DNA of 64,000 nt, from positions 9,982,001 to 10,046,000 of the forward strand of contig OX597828.1 in assembly GCA_951406725.2 (NCBI GenBank). The letters run 5' to 3'. Of this stretch, positions 1 through 12,599 are shown one piece after another (within the stretch, counting starts at the first letter, position 1; every line of letters begins with the position of its first letter). Position numbers and translations under genes: made by a program. Origin of the DNA: Octopus vulgaris. Its lineage: Eukaryota. The notes below the pieces were generated by a model that saw only the letters and a program-made list of their open reading frames with translations, was not told the origin of the DNA and made no database searches.

Positions 1-194
1 TATATATACACGATTGAGTAAATATATGGTCAAAGCGATTACTTCCACGGTCATCCAATCTTTTCTACAGACGTATGCTTGCATTATTATTGGGATTTAA
101 ATCCGAGAAAATTTGGCCACTGTGTGTGAGTGTGTGTGTATGTGTGAATGTGAGTGTCTTTCGTGTATGTGTTTGTACACAAACTGGTAAAATA

Positions 195-345
195 TATTGG
201 TTTCAAATTTTGACACAAGGCCAGCAATATAGGATTACTTCCATCTCAATGCTGAAATGTTACTTATTTTATCCACCAAAGAAGAATGAATCGTAATGTC
301 GACCACGGTTGAAATTTGAACCCAGAACGTGAAGACATCCGAAAT
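195..345 (-). mobile_element. Degenerate SINE, family B
   Basis: Contains gtcgaccacggttgaaatttgaacccagaacg, the reverse complement of the B-box/central region of the copies at 1103-1580. Confidence 0.6.
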
Positions 346-412
346 TCCATTCTTCATTGTAAATCATTTTTATATTAATTGAATCACATTTAAAGGTAAT
401 TACAGCAGTACT

Positions 413-600
413 GTGGAGGTGCAATGACCCAGTGGTTAGGGCAGAGGACTCGCGGTCGTAAGAATGCGGTTTCGATTCCCAGACCGGGCATTGTGAGTGT
501 TTATTGAGCAAAAACCCCTAAGCTCCACGACGCTCATGTGGCGGGGGAGGGGGTGAAACCCGCTGTACTCTTTCCCACATCTTTCTCTCACTGTTTCTAC
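413..600 (+). mobile_element. tRNA-derived SINE, family C (head and middle, 3'-truncated)
   Basis: A-box-like tgacccagtgg and B-box-like gtttcgattcc; collinear with 63349-63540 and with the reverse complement of 32880-33059. Confidence 0.8.
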
Positions 601-606
601 CTACAT

Positions 607-830
607 CTACCACAAAGCAGAGGAACCACGGTGTAGCACACTATGTTGTGGTAAACTTTCAGACCCTAGTCTAGATTTCGAATCATCTGTACCCCTTGAT
701 GGTTCAGCTTTCCACCCGTTAAAAAATCTACCGTTTACGGAATGAGGATAACAACGTAGCTTTCGGGCCCGTGCAACCGCCAGTATATCGCGTGTGGTGG
801 GTAGATCTTCAAGTTGCAACACGCATTCTT
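607..830 (-). mobile_element. RTE-like LINE 3' fragment (decayed)
   Basis: Translation DILAVARARKLRCYPH..RGT resembles the RTE C-terminal 'RRKLRWYGH..R..ILQGT' region. Confidence 0.45.
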
Positions 831-1102
831 AGTAGCTTATAGTAAGCTCGAATTAGAGATTATTCTTTGTGGTTAATGGCGTGAGTCCTGATTGGAAGAA
901 GAAGAAGACAACAATACTAACGTTAGAAAACTTGTAAAAGTTCTATTATAATGCGACTTTGATTTTCCTTTACATTTATTCAATTACTTTTTAAGAGTAG
1001 AACCAGTGATGAATTATATATTTGACTCTCCTTTTTCTATCTCGCTCCCTACTTGCTGTTCTGCTGCCAATTGTTTTCACAGTTATTTAAATAACACACA
1101 CT

Positions 1103-1580
1103 GCGGCGAGTTGGCAGAAACGTTAGCGCTCCGGCCGAAATGCTTAGCAGTAGTTCGTCTGCCGCTACTTTCTGAGTTCAAATTCCACCGAGGTCGACTT
1201 TGCCTTTCATCCTTTCGGGGTCGATTAAATAAGTACCAGTTACGCATTGTGGTGGATATAATCGACTTAATCCGTTTGTCTGTCCTTGTTTGTCCTCTCA
1301 GTGTTTAGCCCATTGTTGGTAGTAAAGAAATAGGTATTTTGTCTGTCAAAAAGGCGACGAGCTGTCAGAAACGTTAGCACGCCGGGCGAAATGCGTAGCC
1401 GTATTTCATCTGTCGTTAAGTTCCGAGTTCAAATTCCGCCGAGGTCGACTTTGCCTTTCACCCTTTCGAGGTCGATAAATTAAGTACCAGTTACGCACTT
1501 GGGTCGATATAATCGACTTAATCCCTTTGTCTTTCCTTGTTTGTGCCCTCTGTGTTTAGCCCCTTGTGGGTAGTAAAGAT
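1103..1580 (+). mobile_element. Tandem dimer of tRNA-derived SINE family B (Meta-domain-like core) with 19-bp TSD
   Basis: Two units (1103-1348, 1352-1580) each with gagttcaaattcc B box and gtcgactttgcctttca(t/c)cctttcg(g/a)ggtcgat core; flanked by identical tatttaaataacacacact at 1084-1102 and 1586-1604. Confidence 0.9.
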
Positions 1581-1654
1581 ATATATATTTAAATAACACA
1601 CACTAGATATCATTTTGAAGGACCGGATGTAGGTGTCATTAACTTTAATTTTAT

Positions 1655-2480
1655 ATTAGATTTGCTTTATTGGTGTCATTGCAACGCAGTCGTTTTCTTT
1701 AGTTGCAGTTGAGTCTGGGTGCAGGGTTCGCTTTGCTGCTTTTCCAGATGACATTTTACTAATGTGCCCTGGCCCTGTGCATAGTAAGTATGTTTTACTT
1801 ATAGATCTATACGAGATAACACCATTGATATTTATAACTAGTTCTTTCCATGATATTGTTGTGATTCAGTCTTGTTGTATTGTTGTAAAAGCCATTCCTT
1901 TCTCCCTCTTTGTTCATTGTCCAGCTTTTGTATAGTGTAAATGGGTTATAACAGCAATTTAGATCTTGCACTTAATTCTGAAAATTTGTTCCATAAGCAA
2001 TAGGTACAGTCATCCAAATGCTGAACTTGCATCTGCCATCTTATTTTGTAACTTACTATCAATATAATCATTTTCGATATTGCACTCACAAAAGGCGTAA
2101 AATCTTCAATAGTTTTCAGGTTAATGCTTTCAGCTCTGATCTTTTCTTCGACAGGAATAGCCACTGCTTTTCTCATATGTATTCTAATATGAATTGTTTT
2201 TGATGTAGTGAAGAGCGCATGCACATCAATCCATTCGTGTGTTGATGTATCAGTGATAACTGCACTGTCATCCAATCACAGTAGTTGGCTGAGCAGTATG
2301 AAAGTGGATCATATAGTTGCATTTAAAACGAGTAACTGTAAACGGGAACGAAATTTAGTGGTGCAAAATATAGTCTCTGTCTTCTAAATATCTGATGTCA
2401 TCTGCTTGTATTGTTACGAGAATTCCAGTACATTGTCTAAGGCGTTTCTCTATTAACATACTGCTATAAGCTTCTGCTAT
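1655..2480 (-). pseudogene. Probable decayed BEL/Pao-type LTR retrotransposon gag fragment
   Basis: Frameshifted minus-strand peptides IQADDIRYLED, EKQWLFLSKK/IRAESINLKTIEDFTPFVS and a knuckle-like LLCTGPGHISKMSS..RTLHPDS; PBS-like TGGTGCC on the minus strand near 3074-3080. Confidence 0.4.
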
Positions 2481-3111
2481 TTTTGTGCTTATCATTCTAA
2501 TGTTACACTTTTTGTAAACATGCTGAAAATTGTGGCAATTTCAACATTTTTAGAAAATAATTCTCTTTTAATATTGGCACCGTAACTATTAATTTTAAAG
2601 CAGATGCACATCACATCATTTATAAAACAAGTAAGATTGCTTAGGTTGTTTATTACCATGTAAGCCCCTGTGAGCTTTATAATTCGGATCGTATGTCATT
2701 TTTACATACATAGTGTATACGATATTTCATTATCCAGTGTATCGTTCAATTTTAAAACGCATATGTTCTGCTTAGCGAATGAGCCACAGCGCTGAAAGCC
2801 CTCTTGAGTTGGAAGATTTTGGTAATTAAGTTTTGTTTATATGAGATGTGACATTAACGGACCTTCTAATTTATAAGAACCGCCGTAAATTTGGACATAC
2901 GACAATTTATTCGATAATACTGGTCACTGGATAATATCAGTTACCGATCATAGCGTGCGTAGTTAAATAGCCGAAGAAAGACCTGTTAAGCGATCTTTAT
3001 TCTCGAGTTTAATAGGAGAAAGTCCCGGGACGTATGTCAAACGTTTATCATATTAAGTTGTTCACAGATCATTGGCACCAGATATATGAAATTCAGGATT
3101 GCTAACGTGTA

Positions 3112-3187
<76 letters not shown>

Positions 3188-3233
3188 CGCACACTCTCAC
3201 TCACACACGCACACTCTCACTCACACACGCACA

Positions 3234-3390
3234 GAGGCTGTGTGGTAAGTAGCTTGCTTACCTACCACATGGTTCTGGGTTCAGTCCCATTGCATGGCAT
3301 CTTAGGTAAGTGTCTTCTACAATAGTTTCGGGCCGACCAAAGCCATGTGAGTGGATTTGGTGGACGGAAACTGGAAGAAGCCCGTCGTAA

Positions 3391-3432
<42 letters not shown>

Positions 3433-3581
3433 GTTCGTGTATGTGTGTGTGTGTCTGTGTTTGTCACCCAACATCGCTTGACAACAGATGATGATGTGTT
3501 AACGTGCCCGTAAACTAGCGGTTCGGCAAAAGAGACCGATAGAATAAATTAGGCTTACAAAGTATAAGTCCTGGTGCTCCA
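3234..3581 (+). mobile_element. SINE family A (tRNA head, internal TA/TG microsatellite)
   Basis: ggctgtgtggtaagtagcttgc..ggttcagtccc..ggaaactggaagaagcccgtcg-(TA)n-..tagcggttcggcaaaagagaccgatagaata; matches 9386-9802. Confidence 0.9.
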
Positions 3582-3634
3582 TAAAATAAAAAAAAAATAT
3601 ATATATGCCCATCAGTGGCTTTATAAGCGCAGGA

Positions 3635-4674
3635 GAAAAAATTATTAAATGAAATGTTTTGTAAATATTTCCATAATCTTCAAAGAAGTAGTGTATTTTC
3701 CATTCTTCTGCCTCTTTCGATATATCTTTTCCTTTGTGAAGGCTCGTAAGATAGGTAGTATCAGCTCTGAAAAATTGTGTCAATGGGTGCATGGATACTT
3801 TTAGTTCTGAAGTTTGATTGTGTAAGCAGCATCAGCCGGAGAAGAATAGGAAGAAGAAGAAGAAGAAGATAAACAAGATGAAAAAGAATAAAAACAGGAG
3901 TGGTATTACCCAGTAGTGGAGGCTGTCCGTTGACTCTACTTTAATGGTCAAGTGACCTTCAAGTGACCTGTTGTGGTTCTAGCAGCATTAGTATTAGGAA
4001 CTGTTTTAGATAAACTAGTGGGTAGCAATTGTTCTTATTACATCTACCATTTTAATATTTCCATGGGTATTATTCTAAGTACCCTATTGTAGTGTACTCT
4101 GTGGTGAAAGCATTCGAAACAGGTTTATATTTTGCGATAAAATATGATTCTCTGCTAATGCGCTGATTATAGGTTGCATTGTCCCTAAATTTATAGAGAG
4201 TAAAAATTCTAATGTTGGGCGGTTCAACTTTAGAATTGTTTCCCACTTTAAATTTAGGGACAATGCAACATATAATCAGCGCATGAGCAAAGAATTATGT
4301 TTTATTGCAAAATATAAACCTCTTTGGAATGCTTCCACCACAGATGACATTTGCTACTACAACCACATCGGGTCACTTTAAAACCCTCTTCACCATTAAA
4401 GTAGATTCCACGTACAGCCTCTACTACTGACTAATACCACTCCCGCCGTCTTCTTTTTCTTCTTCTTCATCCCTATTCCTTGGGCTTCTTCTTTTTCTTC
4501 TTCTTTGGCTGCTGCTGTTTAAACTATCAAACTTCAGAACCAAATATACCCTTGCACCCATAAACATGAGCTTTCACAATGGAAAAGAGAGAGGAACAGA
4601 AAAGAAGGAAAATGTCCTACATATTTGAAGACTATGGAAATATTTACAAAATATTTCAATAATATTTTTTTTTC
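3635..4674. mobile_element. ~1-kb diverged palindrome made of two inverted Penelope-like element 3' ends (GIY-YIG C-terminus plus 3' tail)
   Basis: Arms 3635-4219 and 4223-4674 are reverse complements with indels. Outward from the centre they read PNIRIFTLYKFRDNATYNQRISRESYFIAKYKPVSNA (-) and FNFRIVSHFKFRDNATYNQRMSKELCFIAKYKPLWNA (+), fitting the GIY-YIG terminal R-x3-E-x3-I-x4-P-x2-N motif. Confidence 0.75.
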
Positions 4675-4919
4675 AATTTAGTTGTTTTTCTTCTCAATTA
4701 ATATCTGCCTTTGTTTTACTCTTAGTTCAAAAAGTCGAAAACACACAACTGATGCTAACCATCACAAAATGCATTTCATGATAAAATTATTCTAGCATTT
4801 TCTACGTTGTCTTATTTTCCTTGTAGATATCAGCTCCTGTGTCACTTTTCAACATTCTACACACCCACAAATATACACGCACACATGTATATATAAATGT
4901 AAAGTAACTGGACATATAC

Positions 4920-5325
4920 AATTGTCAATTCAACAATTAAAATCTGTTAACATAATATCATTTTATATTATATTCGTATAAAAATATAATATTCATAGAA
5001 TGATATATTCTTTTCTACTCTAGGCACAAGGCCCGATATTTTTGGATGGAGGCCAATCGATTAGTTCTACCCTAGTAAGCAACTGGTACTTAATTTAACG
5101 ACCCCGAAATGATAAAAAGCAAAGTCGACCTCGGCAGAATTTGAACACAGAACATGAAGACACACGAAATACCACTAAACATGGATATTTATAATTTGAT
5201 TATCGGTACGAATCGAAACAATCATATGTAATTTGTATTCGGTATTTATTATTATATCATGTTATTATATGAATACATATAATATAATATTATGTTAATA
5301 AATTTTACTTTTTGAATTGACAATT
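4920..5325. repeat. AT-rich fold-back element (~75-bp diverged inverted arms) interrupted by a family B SINE
   Basis: aattgtcaattcaacaattaaaatctgttaacataatat (4920 onward) pairs with atattatgttaataaattttactttttgaattgacaatt (ending 5325). Confidence 0.6.
5010..5180 (-). mobile_element. SINE family B
   Basis: ctctaggcacaaggcccg..aactggtacttaattt..aaagtcgacctcggcagaatttgaac. Confidence 0.85.
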
Positions 5326-5482
5326 TTAAATTTCGAGTTTCTTTTGATTTTTATAAATTTATTATAGATCTATATGAATTTAAAAGTTTCTATCTACTAA
5401 ATGGAGTGTCAAACAGTTAAGCCAGTGCAAAAATTTAATGTTTTCATCTTTATAAGGCGAATATTATTTCCTTGTATAGGAC

Positions 5483-5485
<3 letters not shown>

Positions 5486-5581
<96 letters not shown>

Positions 5582-5747
5582 TATATACATATATATATAC
5601 ATATATATATAATATATATATATATATATACATATATATATACATATATATTTATAAATATATATATAAATATACATATATATATAAATATATATATATA
5701 TACATATATATGTAAATATATATATATACATATATATATAAATATAT

Positions 5748-5814
<67 letters not shown>

Positions 5815-5830
5815 CATATATATATGTATA

Positions 5831-5884
<54 letters not shown>
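5486..5884. repeat. Long imperfect (TA)n microsatellite
   Basis: Read directly from the sequence. Confidence 0.95.
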
Positions 5885-5887
<3 letters not shown>

Positions 5888-6579
5888 ATGCTACCTTACG
5901 TACATTTAAACTACAAATTTATGAGTTAAGTTTCCATTCCACAGACTGAAAGTAATCATAAGAGAAAGTGTTTACATGTTTGAAAACACAAGTAGTCTGC
6001 ACACATCTGTATGCTAACGATTATTTCATTACAATCTAAATAATCCAACATCGCTCTCACCATTTTCATATTTTAGATACTCAAGTATCTTGTATAGGTA
6101 AGCTAATGTAGATGTATACAGCTGAGTTATTTACGTATCTATATATCTAACTATCATCTATCTATGTGTCAATCTATGCGTTTATGAATGTTTCTTTATA
6201 TATATGTACATACATAAATCGGTAAATAATGTTTCATACAGACCTGGGCTACAAAAGGCCCATGCATTCCCTTCATGACAGTATTTTTAATCATATAAAT
6301 CTGAAATGTGCTGCGATGTTCCTAACCCCCATTTCTAATGATGCCCTTAAAACTCTTTACTGCACTCTTCATTTGATAGCCGTTCTTTTAAATTTGAGTA
6401 CAGGTTCATTTCTTTACTTTCAGTATCACTTGGACTGGTATATATTATAACCACAGGCCCACATAAATATTCAATAATGTAATAACCACTTTCAGTACAG
6501 ATATAAACCCATATGTATTTGAAGAAGAAAAAACATAAATGTTTTAAGAATGCATAACTCACAACTATAGAGCAGGGTT

Positions 6580-7020
6580 ATTTGGATGTCTGGGACTCAG
6601 AGGTGCAGCCTGAACTCTTCTGGTACCTGGAAGCTTCAGAAGATTTGGTCTCATTGTTAACACTTGTTGGATTTCGTATCCAAGAAACGTGATGCACCCT
6701 GTTACTTGTAAGATTCGGGAGCGCCACCTAAAAATGCTTGTCCATGTCGCTCGATGTTTCGAGTTAGACCCTGCTTAGCGTGTTCTATTCATTGAGGATC
6801 CGCCACTTCTTATCGTGTTCTCTTCATTGAGGATCGGATTGGGTTAACCACAGTTTGGTTGACCACATGTCACAATTATTACGGTAGATTAGGAAGCATC
6901 TCGAGGAGATGGCGACTAAGTGGACCACTACTCGTCGAGTCATTCGGGAGGACACGCGAATATACTAACTGTTGGTGGATGCAGCAATGTGCCGCAATGT
7001 TGCATGCCACCGCCCCTCCC
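6580..7020 (+). mobile_element. RTE-clade LINE 3' end, decayed
   Basis: IRERHLKMLVHVARCFELDPA.RVLFIEDPP and terminal LLVDAAMCRNVACH match RTE ORF C-terminal patterns. Confidence 0.6.
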
Positions 7021-9095
7021 TTTAACTATTTAAAAATTGAATAAATGAATACTTAAACATTTTGCCTGTACATTGGGTGGAAAACTGTAAACTGCAATTT
7101 ACAATTAAAGCAATTCAAAGCGAGATACAAGATGTCCCTTTTATAAAGATCTTAAGAGATGGAAAAAGATTAAATGACCTTTAGAATACTAGACGCATCT
7201 TGTGAAGGAGAGTATATCTTTTCCACAATGAAGCATGAATATACGGCTTGCGATTTCACGTACTAAATCAGTCCCAAAGGACATACAAACAGTTCAATAA
7301 ATGTTCACCAGATAATCAACTCAAACAGGTGATGTTCTTACATGAACACGCTGTTGACTCTTTACTGAATAATATAACTTTATTAGCGTAATGCAATCTA
7401 AAATTTTTTTTTAAATAATTTAACGGTAGATCATTTGATTTAAAGTTTAATTTCTTGTTATAAATATCGTATTTACAGTAACATTTGCAATTATATCTCA
7501 CTACATACCATTACGACGAATCAAAGTGCAACAAATAATAGAAAAATAATGACTTGTTCTCTTTTACCAACCACTTTATATTTTATTTTCAGAAACTGAG
7601 CGAAAAATATGTAGAAGTTCAACGTTAATGAGTTGTCATTTATGCAGATTACCAAAAGGTTGTTTTAAATAAGTTCAACATTCATTATTCATGTTCGCCA
7701 TTATTCGACAATTTGCTTACTACAAAGTTATCTATTTACTTTGATTGTTAAACATATATGAAATGCTGCAGTGCTCTGCAATTATTTAAAGGCTGATTCC
7801 ATAAAAGCTACTTTAATTTTGCTTTGTTTCTGTATGTAACATTGAATGTTGAAAAGAAGATACGGGCTAAATTAAAATACCTGTAATGCTAAGCAGAGGG
7901 AAAGACATGTCTTAGAATAATTTTACACGGTTTTTGTATTTTCTGTCCTAGCTTATCTTCCATTAAAGAATATATTTTACATATTTTATTATACACAGTT
8001 GCTGCGGTAGAAACAACCCTGTTATAATTTATGCCTGGTTGATTAAGCACTTCACATATTAGATATTTCATACCAAAAAAAAAATTAAATAGACAATCTT
8101 CTATAACATTTAAAATACAATCAGGAAGCAATCGGGAATGGTCATTATTCTCTTGTTAAATCGTGTAGTTAAGTGAGCATAAAAACCTTTAATATTATTA
8201 GTGAGACACTTTAGCATCCGGATATTCACCGGAAATAGACGCAAATTTTTAACGTTGCGTTTGAAGTTGTTATATATTAGATATTTTGTTATTCATTATC
8301 ACATGAGTTGAGAGATTGAATGAAGTTGCTTATTTAACTTTTATGTTTGATTTGTTTAACACTATTAGGAAGAAATTGTTTTCCTATTTTCGCTTCTCAT
8401 AATGCAAGTGATACACTTGTTAATTTCCTGTTAATTAACTATCTCTTCATATTCCAAGGCTTTTGTAGTTTCCATAGTTACAATATTTCATGAGGGAGCT
8501 GGGATAGGAGGAAAATCAGATATGCATAATAATAGGAAAACAGGATAAACATAAAAACACGGAATTATAATTCCTAGTATTTATTTAAAAGCATGCGATG
8601 AGTTCGGCAGTGTCAGCTCGGCCTTGTAAAATAGTGTTTAGAGTTCAAATCACGTAAAAAAAAAGGAACAAACTAGTAAAATCGCTCCCACTTACAGCTG
8701 CAAAAGATAAATTTATTTGTTTGGTAACTACTGTCTCACAATTTAACTAAGTATAGAATTAATAAAATTATTGTAAGATTTTTCCATATGAAATATTCAT
8801 AACATCACAGTTCATGCATTAAAACACACTAACTCACACGTAAATACATGCATGCAAATTAAATATATATATTGTTTTACAAACAACTTGCAGATGCAAA
8901 TGCTACTAGTAGAAAGCTCCGCTAGGAAGTTTATCAGATCATCCCATAAGTAATGTCAACACTTCTATATTTTCAATTTGTAAACGCTTTAACAGTATTT
9001 TAGAATATCTAATGGCACCAATTAATATTTGCATGTATGTGGATAAATATATATCAAAGTTCATTTTGCAGGATAATCGAATTGAAATTTCACCA

Positions 9096-10020
9096 ATGGA
9101 TCACTGGATCATTTGAGGCACATAATACTGTATGAGTTTAAACATGGAACACTGCAGCTGAAGCGACTCAATATATTCTCTTAGTTTATGGAGACCTGTG
9201 CCTGAATGAAAGAACTTACAGATGAGGGTTTGTAAAATTCAGAAGTGGAGATTTCAGCCTTGAGTGGCCTGAACATGAAGTCCGACTGGGTTTAATAACA
9301 GGCTCATTTTCGCAGATTTTAAAACAAAGATCGTGAAGTTTCAATTGAAGAATTGGCAAGCAAACTTCGTTCAAGCAATACAATAGGCGCAGGAGTGGCT
9401 GTGTGGTAGGTAGCTTGCTAACCAACCACATGGTTCCGGGTTCAGTCCCACTGCGTGGCATCTTGGGCAAGTGTCTTCTGCTATAGCCCCGGGCCGACCA
9501 ATGCCTTGTGAGTGGATTTGGTAGACGGAAACTGAAAGAAGCCTGTCGTATATATGTATACATATATAAGTGTGTGTGTATATGTTTGTGTGTCTCTGTT
9601 TGTCCCCCTAGCATTGCTTGACAAGCGATGCTGGTGTGTTTACGTCCCCGTCACTTAGCGGTTCGGCAAAAGAGGCCGATAGAATAAGTACTGGGCTTAC
9701 AAAGAATAAGTCCCGGGGTCGATTTGCTCGACTAAAGGCGGTGCTCCAGCATGGCCGCAGTCAAATGACTGAAACAAGTAAAAGAGTAAGAGTAAAAGAG
9801 TAACTGTTCACCGCCATTTTGACGGCTTGAAAAGGTCCCAAAACTCGGAAAATGTGTGCCTTATGATTTTTCTGAAGCCACCTGAAAAACAGGAGGGATT
9901 TATCAGAAAAATGCAATATCCCACACTGCAAAGAACTTGGCTGGGAGTGAATTGTTTAACCGCCTTATTCCCCAGATTTTACTCCTTACCATTTATTCCA
10001 TAGTTTACAAAATCATTTGG
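9096..10020 (+). mobile_element. Mariner transposase remnant with internal deletion, interrupted by a SINE
   Basis: HLRHIILYEFKHG..AAEATQ..VYGD..FVKFRSGDFSLE, IEELASKLRSSN/TVHRH, KLGKCVPYD (WVPHEL-like) and PYSPDF..YHLFHSLQNHL (YSPDL-like). Confidence 0.85.
9386..9802 (+). mobile_element. Full-length SINE family A
   Basis: From ggcgcaggagtggctgtgtgg to a (gagtaa)n tail; best-preserved copy, inserted in the mariner remnant. Confidence 0.95.
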
Positions 10021-10307
10021 GTGGATAAACTCTCGAAACAACTGAGGAAGTCGAACCTGACCGTTCAGAGTCCGTCCCCTTGAAACCGAAGGAGAGTTTA
10101 TCACTAATGGGATTAAAGTTCTTACAAATAGATGGAAATATGCCATAGATTATCACGGCAACTATATTGACGAATTTCATTAAGATGTAAGATTTAATCA
10201 CTTGTTTTACTTATCAAAAATCCAGACCCACTAATTATGGGATGATCTGATATATGTGTGTGCGCGTGTGTGAGTGAGTGAGTGTGTGTGGGCGTGTGTG
10301 TAATAAA

Positions 10308-10463
10308 TAAATATTTCTTTACTACCTACAAGGGGCCAAACACAGAGGGGACAAACAAGGACAGACACACGAATTAATTCGAATGCATCGACCCAAGTGC
10401 ATAACTGGTACTTAATTTATCGATCCCGAAAGGATGAAAGGCAAAGTCGACCTCGGCGGAATT
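10308..10463 (-). mobile_element. SINE family B (5'-truncated)
   Basis: ctttactacctacaagggg..gaaaggatgaaaggcaaagtcgacctcggcggaatt. Confidence 0.85.
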
Positions 10464-10465
10464 AT

Positions 10466-10951
10466 AGGCGCAGGTGTGGTATTAATAGGTGCAGACAATC
10501 TGTACGATAAGAACCTTGCTTCCCATATACAGAGCTTCGGATTCAGTCCCACTGCGGCACACGGGAAAGTGTCTTCTGCTGTCAAGCTGACCAAAGACTT
10601 GTGAGTGACTTTGGTAAACGTAAACTGAAAGGTGCCCATGGTATATTTATACGTGTGCCTCTGTTTGTTCCCTGCCACGGATTGCCAAGCGGTGTTTTGT
10701 GTATTTCACGTCCCGCAGAAAAAGGCTGACAGAATAATTACAAGGCATAAAAAATGATAATTACTCGGATTCATTCCCTCGACTAACAATTTCTCAAGGC
10801 TGTACACCGGTTTACCAACCACACAGTTCCGGTTTCAGTTCCACTGATGCGCGGCAGCTTAGGCAAGTATCTTCTATGATAACCTCAGACCGACCAAAGT
10901 CTTGCGAGTGGACTTAGTGGAGGAAACTGAAAGGCCTTCGTATATATATAA

Positions 10952-11004
<53 letters not shown>

Positions 11005-11280
11005 AAAGGATTCTCAAACTGATTCTCAATCGCATGTCTCTAGCTTCTCAAGCACGACTCCGCCTTCAGTCCCATTACTTAGGGCTAAGCAAAGTCTCGT
11101 GAGTAGATTAGGTGAACGGAAACTGCAAAAATCCCTCTCCGCGTCTTCGTTAAATTGGAGTTCGGCAGAACAGAAGAACCAATCTGAAGAAAATAAATAT
11201 TGGGCTCGATTCATTCGACTAAAAGTTCTTCAAACATGCGACAGTATGGCCGGTGTATAAGGTGTAAAACATGTAAACTA
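10466..11280 (+). mobile_element. Cluster of three degenerate family A SINE pieces
   Basis: Repeated cagtcccact..gaccaaag..gtgagtg..gaaactgaaag motifs near 10540, 10830 and 11065. Confidence 0.7.
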
Positions 11281-11354
11281 CATTATTTATTTATACATTG
11301 GTATATATATATATATATATATACTAATAGATAGACAGATAGGCAGATAGATAG

Positions 11355-11399
<45 letters not shown>

Positions 11400-12237
11400 T
11401 AGATAGATAGATAGATAGATAGACACAAAAAAGACAAACAGGACGACCTTAAATCTTTTCACTATCTCTTTCAATCTACTGAGAATTTTCAAATATTGCA
11501 TAGACAAAAATCAACTTACGCAGACGAATACAGGAACACTTACATGTATTGATAGCAATTTCTTTAAAATAAGCGTGTGTGCACACACTTCTCTCTGTTT
11601 TAACATGTATGTTTTGAATATAGAAAGGAGTCAGGGTTGGGTAGAAAAGAAATCTAAATATTAAATAAAGACAATCTTCTAAAATATATGTTACCATAAT
11701 AATGGTAACGGTTTTATAACCTACCTCTCTAAAGAAACAGAGCGTAAATCAGAGAATGCCGATATATCATGGTAAAGCAAAAATATATATTACATTCGTT
11801 AGTTGTTCGTTGGTTTTTGACAAAATCATGATAAACGAAGTGGAAGTCATAAGTTAATATATACACATTCAATCAGATGTTTATTAACGTCTCTAGTTTA
11901 TTATTTCATTGCAACATTCATGAAGGTTCAGCAAATATGAATATACTTCTACTATATCTTTGAATAAATGTTATATATTATAGGAAATATTTTATAGGCT
12001 ATCAATGAGAGGAATCTTTGTGCTTTTTTCCCCCTCTTTCTGTCGTAGATATAGTTACTTTATCAGTTAATGTTATATATTATTTGTTCTATGTTCAGAA
12101 TACGTCCATCTTCTATGTAACTTACGGATGGAAATATACTTCGTATCAATAATATGGTTTCCATCGTATGCATAATAAACCTGACCGTATATTAAGCCAT
12201 TACCGAACGTCTGGAAACACGGAGATAAAATTTACGC

Positions 12238-12298
<61 letters not shown>

Positions 12299-12494
12299 CG
12301 TATGCGTACATATATAAAATATATATATATATGTATGTATATATGTAGATATACACACACACATATATACTATATTTATATATATAAACATATATAAGTG
12401 TTTGCGTGTATGTATATAGGTGTGTATATATAAATGCATATATTTATAAAGAAATAAATAATATGTGTGTGTGTTTGTATTATCATTATTGTTT

Positions 12495-12536
12495 TCGTAT
12501 TTCACGTTGCTTGCAGTTGGTGACGTCCTGTACCCA

Positions 12537-12599
<63 letters not shown>

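Noticed and set aside
1103-1580. Repeated palindromic gtcgac-rich units as a possible CRISPR array
   Set aside because: Dispersed eukaryotic SINE with TSDs; no repeat-spacer periodicity and no cas genes.
5401-5817. Long YI/IY-repeat ORFs here and at many other TA, CA and GATA tracts
   Set aside because: Translations of microsatellites, which lack stops in several frames.
7060-7310. Possible hAT transposase C-terminal scrap (..IFSTMKH..)
   Set aside because: Too short and degenerate to support without a search.
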